Assembly: GCA_043803945.1 (NCBI GenBank)
Contig: JAZDJN010000037.1
Span: forward strand, 1 to 17,846
Direction: 5' to 3'
Source of the DNA: a bacterium
GTDB lineage: Bacteria; Bacteroidota; Ignavibacteria; UBA10030
Length of the DNA: 17,846 nt
This document shows, in pieces, positions 1 to 7,463 of this stretch. The notes below the pieces were generated by a model. That model was not told the DNA's origin and did not search any database. It saw only the letters and a program-made list of their open reading frames with translations. Position 1 is the first letter of the stretch. Each line of letters begins with the position of its first letter. The position numbers and the translations under genes were made by a program.

Positions 1-79
1 CGCAAAGAAACTTTGGAAAACGAAAACTCCAGACTCGAACTGAATACTGTCATACTGAACCGTCAGGCAAATAGTTGCT

Positions 80-316
80 GCCTAACCAGCAACTCAAGCT
101 GACGGTATGAGCGTTGGTACGTTAAACATGGCGTGTAGAGGTTCGGATGTTTAATAATAAACTTTTCAGAATGAACTTGGTTCGTTTAGTACATTTTGTG
201 AGCCAAAGGCTCATGCGCCTGAGGCGTAAAAGTTATCACCCGCCACAAGATAAAGCATGGCGGGCGGGGTGCCGCAGTCCCGAATAAAAACATTTCGGGA
301 CCGCCATCCGTTATAC
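80..316 (+). repeat. attC-like site 1 (237 bp)
   Basis: Inverse core GCCTAAC (80-86, RYYYAAC) followed by cagcaactcaagctgacgg. Right end gccgcag[hairpin]ccgccatcc-GTTATAC (310-316). Shares internal blocks with sites 2 and 4. Confidence 0.75.
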
Positions 317-375
317 CGCTTGCGCTTTTACAGAAGTTATATGAAATGGCTGTCTTGGTTATAGTGATCGCTCTG

Positions 376-404
376 TTCAACGATTGCTGAAATCCTATTA
401 CAAT
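376..404 (+). promoter_or_regulatory. Possible sigma70-like promoter inside the TIR cassette
   Basis: TTCAAC(376-381)-17 nt-TACAAT(399-404), upstream of a GAGG-containing RBS and ATG 448. The -35 match is weak. Confidence 0.3.
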
Positions 405-447
405 TTGATTCACTGTCATATATCTGAAAAGAGGTAGATGAGGGAAA

Positions 448-2415
448 ATGGATCCTGAATTTTCGTTTGATGTATTTCTCAGCCACAGCTCTAAGGACAA
501 GAAGGTTGTCCATCCCCTCGCTGAGCGACTGCGCAAAGATGGTCTACGCGTTTGGTTAGATGAGTGGGAAATCCATCCTGGTGATAGCATACCTGCTAAG
601 CTCGATGACGGGCTGGAGCATTCCCGCATGCTCGTCCTCTGCCTGTCGGCTAATGCGTTCGGTGCGGACTGGGCAAAATTTGAGGCCAACACGTTCCGTG
701 TTCGCGACCCGCTAAACAGGGAGCGCCGCCTCATTTTCCTCCGGCTTGATGATGCCCCCATCGAAGGCTCGCTGGCGCAATTCCGTTACATCAATTGGCA
801 AGCGACGAAGCGTGCGCAAAGCTATCCAGAGCTGCTCGCTGCTTTACGATGGCGAAAATATTGGGAAGACTATGCAGGACTCTTTGCGTTGGGAGAATAC
901 CGAATCGCATTCATGCCCCTTATGAATGATTGTCGCACAAACGAAGTGCAAAGTCTTCGTATCAATGACGTTGACATCGACCGAGATATGGGTGTACTAT
1001 ATCAATTGCCAGCGGCTTTTCGTAAAACAGAACGGCTCGGTGCTTTCACTGATGACCCGTGTTGCCGCCTCGTAAGTTTTGACTTCCAGAAACAGCGCAA
1101 ACTTCGCCTGACATTCTCGGAAACGAGTTATGCCGACTATCTGAAATCCGGAGAACATCTGGATGCCCCCTGCCCAGGAAAACATGGCCGTACATTTCGT
1201 GAAGAGTTCGCAAACCTCGTAGCTGACGGGCCGCATGACTTGAGGAGGTTAGACCTCACCAATATCACTAGAGTCGGCGTTTTCATCATTACCCGAGACA
1301 ATCGCGTGATCGTGAGCCGGCATTCCGATAGGTCGCACATTTATCCAGGGCGATGGACTTTTTCGGCATGTGGTGTGGTGAAATGGGGGGCACATCCGCA
1401 CCCGTTTCTCGAAGTGATGCGCAAGTCTTTCGAGGAGATTCATCACCAAATGACTCTCAGGGGATTACAACTTAATGGATTCGGGGCGGATGCTCGCAAA
1501 CTCTTTTTCCAGATTAGTTTCGTGGAGGAAACAAGTGAGGAGTCACAAAATGTGATCGACCGCTCACCATCGGGGCATGACGTGATTTCAATCCACTTGG
1601 AATCGGCAGAAATCGTGCGGCATCTGGTGGATAGGTGCTGGGAGCCTGCTGCTGAAGCAGCATTGCTAACGCTTTGTGTACAGAAGTTCGGGCGAGAGAG
1701 CGTGATCTCAGAATTGAACGCAGCGGAACTTGACTGGCGAAGAAAGGAGATGCTGGACGAATGGGATTTTCGTGCAGGCCAACCGGGATTGCTGCCAGTA
1801 ATGAGCCTTCGGTACTCTCCTGTGCAACGCGAAAAGTATTCAGGAAGCTACGTTAAGGCCGTCTTAAGGTTCTTGGGATCTGACATCTCGGGAAAACATG
1901 TGCTGGAGGTTGGATGCGGAATCGGAAGAATCACAGCGCCTTTGTTGTCCAAAGCGCGTACCGTGACATCAATTGATTTGTGTGAACGCATGATTGAACG
2001 GGCGCGCGAGCTGGTGGTAGGGTGTGGCCAGAAAACAAAAAGACTGGAGTTCAAGAGATGTTTCATCCAAGAACTCGACACGAGGCGGAAGTATGATGTG
2101 GCCGTTTGTTCGCTTGTACTCATCCACAATGTGGAAGACGCGCAATTTAAGTCAGCCGTTGAAAAAATGTGTCGGTGTGCGGAAACGGTTTACGTTTTCG
2201 AGGACGTGACAAGAGGACGGACAACAAGTCCTCATGCTCGCTTCCGATCAAAAGAAGATCTGGAACAAGAATTCAAATTGAACGGATTCGTATTGAAGAA
2301 AAACCGCCCGTATAAACTCTTCCGAGACGATATCGTTTTCCTCAAGTTTAATCGGCTTGAACAGCAGAAAAAATGTTCGCGGTGTAAGAACGGTGAATTC
2401 AACCGTCGGCGATGA
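448..2415 (+). CDS. TIR domain - Nudix-like domain - class I SAM-dependent methyltransferase fusion protein (655 aa)
   Basis: aa 7-135 TIR_2 (FDVFLSHSSKDK, RVWLDEW, DWAKFE with putative catalytic E79). aa ~200-420 Nudix-like fold (VGVFIITRDNRVIVSR..YPGRW..G..RKSFEEI). aa ~480-635 methyltransferase (VLEVGCGIGR, TSID, YDVAVCSLVLIH). Confidence 0.88.
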   Translation: MDPEFSFDVFLSHSSKDKKVVHPLAERLRKDGLRVWLDEWEIHPGDSIPAKLDDGLEHSRMLVLCLSANAFGADWAKFEANTFRVRDPLNRERRLIFLRLDDAPIEGSLAQFRYINWQATKRAQSYPELLAALRWRKYWEDYAGLFALGEYRIAFMPLMNDCRTNEVQSLRINDVDIDRDMGVLYQLPAAFRKTERLGAFTDDPCCRLVSFDFQKQRKLRLTFSETSYADYLKSGEHLDAPCPGKHGRTFREEFANLVADGPHDLRRLDLTNITRVGVFIITRDNRVIVSRHSDRSHIYPGRWTFSACGVVKWGAHPHPFLEVMRKSFEEIHHQMTLRGLQLNGFGADARKLFFQISFVEETSEESQNVIDRSPSGHDVISIHLESAEIVRHLVDRCWEPAAEAALLTLCVQKFGRESVISELNAAELDWRRKEMLDEWDFRAGQPGLLPVMSLRYSPVQREKYSGSYVKAVLRFLGSDISGKHVLEVGCGIGRITAPLLSKARTVTSIDLCERMIERARELVVGCGQKTKRLEFKRCFIQELDTRRKYDVAVCSLVLIHNVEDAQFKSAVEKMCRCAETVYVFEDVTRGRTTSPHARFRSKEDLEQEFKLNGFVLKKNRPYKLFRDDIVFLKFNRLEQQKKCSRCKNGEFNRRR

Positions 2416-2617
2416 TTGAATGGTGCAAGCGTTTCCTGTACTGCTGGTGATCCGCAATTGCGAGGGCGAAGTCCGCTTGATGGAAATATGCGAGTGGTTG
2501 AAGCGCTCGAGCAACAACAGCAAAAAGCCGGTGAAACAAATCGTCTTCGAAGGCGAGAGGTTTGACGTGATGAGCAAGCGGCGGTGGTAGGAGAAGATAT
2601 TGAGCCAAGAGAAATAA
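2411..2617 (+). pseudogene. Remnant of the C-terminal (DUF4365-like) end of a large TIR-domain protein
   Basis: Frame reads DD*MVQAFPVLLVIRNCEGEVRLMEICEWLKRSSNNSKKPVKQIVFEGERFDVMSKRRW*EKILSQEK*. The ATG 2420 to TAG 2590 stretch is 56 aa, below the ORF-track cutoff. From memory it resembles the C-terminus of TIR-WD40-Roc/COR-DUF4365 proteins; stops sit at apparent W and R codons. Confidence 0.55.
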
Positions 2618-2659
2618 TAATGACCGTCACTTCACATAACACGTATAAAGACGCAAGCG

Positions 2660-2906
2660 GTATAACCAGGCGCTAAGCTGACGGAATGAGCCCGCCAACA
2701 TAAAAAACATTTCGGCGAGCAGACACACTGCAAAATTCATGGCGAACATAGGTTTAGTACAAAATTGTGAGCCAGAGGCTCATGCGCCTGGCGCAAAAGT
2801 TATCAGCATGAACTTGTTTCGTTATCAATATATTTAAAGTATTCAGCGTGGCTGCTTACATGTCCACCATGCTTCATCTTTGAGCGGAAGCCGCCATCCG
2901 TAGGGT
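2660..2906 (+). repeat. attC-like site 2 (247 bp, degenerate core)
   Basis: GTATAAC(2660-2666)-caggcgctaagctgacggaatgagc matches the left end of site 1. Block 2752-2805 is near-identical to 184-238. Right end agccgccatcc-GTAGGGT (2900-2906). Confidence 0.7.
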
Positions 2907-2940
2907 GCGATTGCCCTTTTTTCAGTCGAAAGGGAGTCTT

Positions 2941-5034
2941 ATGAAAAACATTCTTTTACTGTTTGGTTTATTCTTCAGCGTATTGTTCCTTTCGCCAATT
3001 GAGTCTGATGCCCAATGGATTCAAACGAACGGACCTTCTGGCGGCACTGTTACTTCCTTTGCGGTAAGCGGTTCCGAACTTTTTGCAGGCTCATCCGGTG
3101 GCGTCTTCCGTTCAACCGACAATGGCTCAAGCTGGTCTGCAATCAATTCCGGATTAACGAACTTATCTATTTCTTGTATTACTGTTAGTGGATCTCATCT
3201 CTTTGTTGGTACATCCAATACAATTTTCCGTTCCACAAATAGTGGTGCAAGCTGGTCTGCCATCAATTTTCCGATGACAAACGCCTCATCTTCCTGTTTT
3301 TGTGTCAACGGCACTGATCTCTATGCTGGCACACGATACGGCATATTCCGTTCAACGGACGATGGTGTAAGCTGGACTGCAAGCAATTCTGGACTTACCA
3401 ATCTTGATATTCGATCTCTCACTACAAGCGGCACTAATATCTTTGCCGGGGCAATGCCTGAGCTTGGTGGGACAATGCAGAATGTGCTGTTCGTTTCCAC
3501 GGATAACGGAACAAGCTGGACTCCAATGGACTCCGGATTAACCATACCAGGTATTTTCTCTCTCGCCGCCAGCCGCTCTACTATTTTCGCCGGAACAATA
3601 GGCGGCGTTTTCCGGTCCACTGATAATGGTACAAGCTGGTCTATGGCCAACTCCGGAATGATAATCGGGGGATATACAGTCATGTCGCTTGTTGTGAAAG
3701 GCTCCGACATTTTTGCAGCGACATACGGTGCCGGCATTTTCCGTTCAACCAACAACGGTGATACCTGGGCTGTTGTTTCTTCGGGCTTGAGTGATCGGTT
3801 TGTTCGTTCTCTTTTCGTCAGCGGTTCCACTCTTTTTGCAGGAACAGAAGAAGGAGGCGTGTTTCTCTCTACCGGCAGCGATACAAGCTGGACAGCGGCA
3901 AATTCCGGTATGGCGAACACATATGTTCAGTGTCTTTCTGTAAGCGGTTCCAATTTGTTTGCGGGCGGGTTTGGAGGCATGCTTTCTCTTTCGACGGATA
4001 ACGGTACAAACTGGGCATCGATTAATTCCAGCCTGCCGACCAGAACTGAAATTCTTTCTCTTGTTTCCAACGGTTCCAATCTTTTTGTCGGCACATGGGC
4101 AGGTATCTTTTTCTCCAGTAACAATGGCATAAGTTGGACCGCAATAGACACCGGCTTGACGAACAAGGTTGTTGTTTCAATAGGCGTTATAGATTCCATC
4201 CTCTTCGCAGGAACAACCAGTGGCCTCTTTCGTTCGACCAACAATGGCCTAAATTGGGCTGCAATAAATTCCGAATTCACAGGATATTCTATTAATGATA
4301 TCGCTACACTTGGTTCTGCTCTATTCGCAGGCACTGATTCAAAAGGAGTATTTCGTTCTACCGACAACGGGATAAGCTGGACTGCAGTCAATTCCGGACT
4401 TACACGCCTTGATATTTATTCCTTTGCCGTGAGCGGTTCCAATCTCTTTGTCGGGACATACAATAAAGTTTTTCGTTCCACTGATATCGGCACAAGCTGG
4501 ACTACAGCTTCTTCAGGATTGACCGGTTCTGTTATTTCCTTTGCCGTCAGTAACTCCGCCCTTTTCGCCGGCACTTCTGATGGAGTATTTGTTTCTTCCG
4601 ATAATGGCACAAGCTGGACCGCTGTCAATGTTGGCCTGATAAACACGAGTATTCGTGCTCTTGCTGTCAGCGGGATTAGTGTTTTTGCGGGAGCAGGTGG
4701 CACTGGAGTGTGGAGAAGGCCGTTATCGGAAATCATTACTGGAATCGATTATAGATACAACGAGCTTCCTCTTCATTTTGTGCTTGATCAGAATTTCCCG
4801 AACCCGTTCAACCCGAGCACAACGATCACGTTTAATCTCCCATTAAAATCGTATGTATCGCTTAAAGTATATGATGCTATTGGAAGAGAAATAGTCACAC
4901 TGGCTTCAAAAGAGCTGTCTGTTGGCATTTATACGCTACAATGGAACGCAACGAATATGCCAAGTGGTATATACTTTTATCGTTTGCAGGTGGGGTCGTT
5001 CACAGAAACAAAGAAACTTGTTTTATTGCGATGA
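2941..5034 (+). CDS. Secreted BNR/Asp-box repeat beta-propeller protein with T9SS type A C-terminal sorting domain (697 aa)
   Basis: RBS AGGGAG at 2931 then ATG 2941. Signal peptide MKNILLLFGLFF...SDA/QW. Thirteen ~40-aa repeats with (R)STDNGxSW Asp-boxes, consistent with about 14 blades. C-terminal NFPNPFNPSTTI...SGIYFYRL...TKKLVLLR. Confidence 0.92.
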   Translation: MKNILLLFGLFFSVLFLSPIESDAQWIQTNGPSGGTVTSFAVSGSELFAGSSGGVFRSTDNGSSWSAINSGLTNLSISCITVSGSHLFVGTSNTIFRSTNSGASWSAINFPMTNASSSCFCVNGTDLYAGTRYGIFRSTDDGVSWTASNSGLTNLDIRSLTTSGTNIFAGAMPELGGTMQNVLFVSTDNGTSWTPMDSGLTIPGIFSLAASRSTIFAGTIGGVFRSTDNGTSWSMANSGMIIGGYTVMSLVVKGSDIFAATYGAGIFRSTNNGDTWAVVSSGLSDRFVRSLFVSGSTLFAGTEEGGVFLSTGSDTSWTAANSGMANTYVQCLSVSGSNLFAGGFGGMLSLSTDNGTNWASINSSLPTRTEILSLVSNGSNLFVGTWAGIFFSSNNGISWTAIDTGLTNKVVVSIGVIDSILFAGTTSGLFRSTNNGLNWAAINSEFTGYSINDIATLGSALFAGTDSKGVFRSTDNGISWTAVNSGLTRLDIYSFAVSGSNLFVGTYNKVFRSTDIGTSWTTASSGLTGSVISFAVSNSALFAGTSDGVFVSSDNGTSWTAVNVGLINTSIRALAVSGISVFAGAGGTGVWRRPLSEIITGIDYRYNELPLHFVLDQNFPNPFNPSTTITFNLPLKSYVSLKVYDAIGREIVTLASKELSVGIYTLQWNATNMPSGIYFYRLQVGSFTETKKLVLLR

Positions 5035-5043
5035 GGCAATTGC

Positions 5044-5314
5044 ACCTTCCAAGTAACTCACTGAGTTGATACGGGAATGAGTTGATAGCCAGGTGATTCA
5101 GTCCTGTGTTGTAGAGTATGAGTGATGCGGGACCTAAATATTCCCTAACCCGCGGCTCCCCGCAAGAAAGCAGCGGCGCAAGCCCACCTTATCGAGATAC
5201 TCGATTCGACCACAATCCCGCTAAAAATTAATGTGATCTATCGAATCAGAATTACTTATCCACCCTGCCTGCGGCAGGCAGGCATATTTTTGGCGGAACT
5301 GCCATCTGTTAAGC
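5044..5314 (+). repeat. attC-like site 3 (degenerate, possibly two fused left ends)
   Basis: ACCTTCC-aagtaactca...acgggaatgag at 5044, 9 nt after the stop codon. Second left end CCCTAAC-ccgcggctc at 5143. Right end ctgccatct-GTTAAGC (5308-5314), a perfect GTTRRRY. Confidence 0.55.
5264..5282. repeat. Mini-palindrome CCTGCCTGC-G-GCAGGCAGG
   Basis: Perfect 9-bp inverted repeat. The same arms recur at 9406-9478 and 9568-9588. Confidence 0.8.
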
Positions 5315-6148
5315 AGACTGTCGGATAATAAGTTCGGGCTTAAATAAAACCTTTTTAGGATTAGTAAGAATTTCTTCTCGTTGTGTTGTCGCCATTTTAT
5401 ATGCCGTTTCCACGATCTCCTTCATCGGTTGCCTGATCGTTGTGAGTTTTGGTCTTGAATTCTGCGCAATCGGCAAATCATCAAAACCGATGATTGCAAT
5501 ATCCTCAGGTACTCGAATCCCTTTTTGCTTAGCTGCCGTGAGAAGGCCTATTGCAGTGTTGTCTGCTGCTGCACAGAAAATTGCATCGACACCTGCATCG
5601 ATCAGTTTTGGCATTGCTGCGACACCGTCTTCACGAGAATAATTTGGCACCTCTATGGAACATCCTGGTGGTATAGCAAGTCCTTTATGTCTTAGCGCAT
5701 CGCTGAATCCCTTAAGCCGCAATCTTGCATTGTAATTCCCAGCGTAGTTCTCTCTGGATTGAGTCCTGCCTGTTATAATTGCTATTCTCTTTCTTCCTTT
5801 TGAAACGAGATACTCTGCAGCAAGTTGTCCACCCAGAGAGTTATCCGTAGCTATGGTGGATGCTCCTGCTGCTTCTTCATCCAAGAGTATGATGGGAACA
5901 TTGTTCGTTTTATACATAGAAATAATATCAGGATGTGGACACATCGATATGGCTATTAGAACAGTCGGCTTATTCTCCACAAACATTTTTTTTAAACTCT
6001 CAGATTGTTTATCCACTTCGCCTGTGGAAGATCGGAATGACAAATTTTCCGGGTCTACTAACTTTTTAAAGTGATCAAGTATAGCGATTTGAAATAGTGA
6101 GCCAAAATATGGCGCTGTGACTACTATTTGCAATGGTTGGTTTGTCAT
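5309..6148 (-). CDS. LacI/GalR-family ligand-binding domain protein lacking the N-terminal HTH (279 aa)
   Basis: DNSLGGQLAAEYLVSKGRKRIA, RLKGF, DAIFCAAADNTAIG, RVPEDIAIIGFDD, LTTIRQP, PELIIRQS. Likely start ATG 6148 after an AGGACAGGA RBS. The upstream 53 aa of the ORF track are not HTH-like. Confidence 0.85.
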   Translation of the reverse strand: MTNQPLQIVVTAPYFGSLFQIAILDHFKKLVDPENLSFRSSTGEVDKQSESLKKMFVENKPTVLIAISMCPHPDIISMYKTNNVPIILLDEEAAGASTIATDNSLGGQLAAEYLVSKGRKRIAIITGRTQSRENYAGNYNARLRLKGFSDALRHKGLAIPPGCSIEVPNYSREDGVAAMPKLIDAGVDAIFCAAADNTAIGLLTAAKQKGIRVPEDIAIIGFDDLPIAQNSRPKLTTIRQPMKEIVETAYKMATTQREEILTNPKKVLFKPELIIRQSA

Positions 6149-6402
6149 GGTGTCCTGTCCTTCAAAAATTATTTTATCTATAAATTGATGGCAGATCCAA
6201 CAGGTTGCTGAAAAAGAAAACCGCAAAGTCGGCAAGAGCGCCAAAATGAAAATTAAATTTTCAATCAGATTTAAAGAAATCTCTTGGTGCCCTTGACCCC
6301 GATTCATTGGGGGCGGTTCATTCCCTCATTGTTAATTGGTTTTTCAGCACACTGCTAATGCCATACAAGAGCATGTCTTAATATTGAACAAGTAGCTTAT
6401 TG

Positions 6403-6433
6403 CAAATGTATACCTTTCTGATTGTATTTACAA
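6403..6433 (-). promoter_or_regulatory. Putative promoter for the LacI-like gene
   Basis: Minus strand TTGTAA-17 nt-TACATTTG. Fits sigma70 spacing and also the FCB TAnnTTTG -7 motif. Confidence 0.45.
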
Positions 6434-6517
6434 GGCTATAACGTACGTATCTATATGGCTGTCATTAAACAAAGTACTAACATTGATTGAAGTTGGGAAG
6501 CATCAATTGTACATTCA

Positions 6518-6726
6518 GCATAGCCAGGCGCTGCTACTGACTTCCCCGAGTTGGTAAGGATGTACGTTGGAGCCCAGGGAGTTCGGCAATTTTGCGGGCA
6601 GTGGCTTTCAAGGCAACGAAGCTCATGCACTCGGAAATAAAAGTGATCGAGATGAACTTGTTTCATTATCTACAATTGTTGCCGCAGTCCCGAATAAAAC
6701 CATTTCGTGACCGCCATCCATTGGGC
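6518..6726 (+). repeat. attC-like site 4 (209 bp, degenerate cores)
   Basis: GCATAGC-caggcgctgctactgac at 6518. aaaagtgatcgagatgaacttgtttcattatc resembles site 2. 6681-6719 gccgcagtcccgaataaaaccatttcgtgaccgccatcc matches 271-309 at 37/39. Core ATTGGGC is one change from GTTGGGC. Confidence 0.7.
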
Positions 6727-6782
6727 GGCATCATAATATTAGACGAGTCATTGATCTTTTTTTCACAACAGAGGAATTCAAC

Positions 6783-7241
6783 ATGAAACCAGTCAACTAT
6801 GTGCCGCTCATTTACCTCATCGCCCTTATCATCATACCAGGATGTGGTCCATCGGATGAGCAAGTAAAGAAGGTTATCAAGGTGGGTTCGGAAATTGCAG
6901 AATTGCAGCGTCAATACTATCCGGCTATAACTGAGTTAGGCAAGGTTGCTGTGCAGATTGAAGCAATCGGTAAACGTCAGGATCAGACAGCAAAGGCAAT
7001 TGCAAACGATGTGACTAAAGCCCATGAGCTGATCGTAGAGGCATTCGCGGCTGGACAAAAATTGCAGTACCGCTTTCCTGCTGCCCCAAATCTGGATGTT
7101 GAAAAATACATCTTAGCGGAAGAAGCTAGGAAAGCTCTCCTCAAGGATGCACTCGACAAAACAAATGTTGCAGTCAGCAAATCACATGAAGTCATCGAGG
7201 CGATGAATAATGATCCTAATAAACGGATAGGAAAGAAGTAA
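6783..7241 (+). CDS. Hypothetical helical lipoprotein (152 aa)
   Basis: RBS GAGG. Hydrophobic signal ending in lipobox-like IPG-C21. Mature region rich in A/E/K, coiled-coil-like. Confidence 0.75.
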   Translation: MKPVNYVPLIYLIALIIIPGCGPSDEQVKKVIKVGSEIAELQRQYYPAITELGKVAVQIEAIGKRQDQTAKAIANDVTKAHELIVEAFAAGQKLQYRFPAAPNLDVEKYILAEEARKALLKDALDKTNVAVSKSHEVIEAMNNDPNKRIGKK

Positions 7242-7251
7242 TTGGGGCGTC

Positions 7252-7397
7252 ACTTATCCAGCGGCTCCCTGCTATGAAACAGCAAGGCTCGGACAGGATG
7301 CGTCTCGATATGATGCATCGGAACAAGTTGGAGTAAACAATCCCGCTTAGGTTACATGGTAAAGTTAGTAGGCAAAATGGCAGGCTGGCATCTAACG
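7252..7397 (+). repeat. attC-like site 5 (highly degenerate)
   Basis: ACTTATC-cagcggctc starts 10 nt after the lipoprotein stop. Shares gcggctccc and acaatcccgct with 5152-5222. Possible right-end remnant gctggcatct. Confidence 0.4.
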
Positions 7398-7463
7398 TGC
7401 TTTTATGTCTGTTTTTTTAAGAGGAAGAATCATTTAATCGTCTAGCAAAAAGGATTATACTTT

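Noticed and set aside
1-102. 3' end of an upstream cassette gene
   Set aside because: All three + frames are open at the edge (stops ending at 43, 74 and 102), so frame and product cannot be determined.
186-761. 191-aa minus-strand ORF
   Set aside because: Antisense shadow of the TIR domain that runs through the attC-like site, with no recognisable motifs.
3040-4720. ~120-bp periodic DNA repeats as a possible CRISPR or DGR-type array
   Set aside because: These are degenerate in-frame coding repeats of propeller blades, with no identical repeat/unique spacer pattern and no RT or cas gene.
3321-4736. Three repetitive minus-strand ORFs
   Set aside because: Antisense shadows of the BNR repeat coding sequence.
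6149-6307. N-terminal extension of the LacI-like ORF as an HTH or signal peptide
   Set aside because: No LacI HTH signature, and a better RBS precedes ATG 6148.
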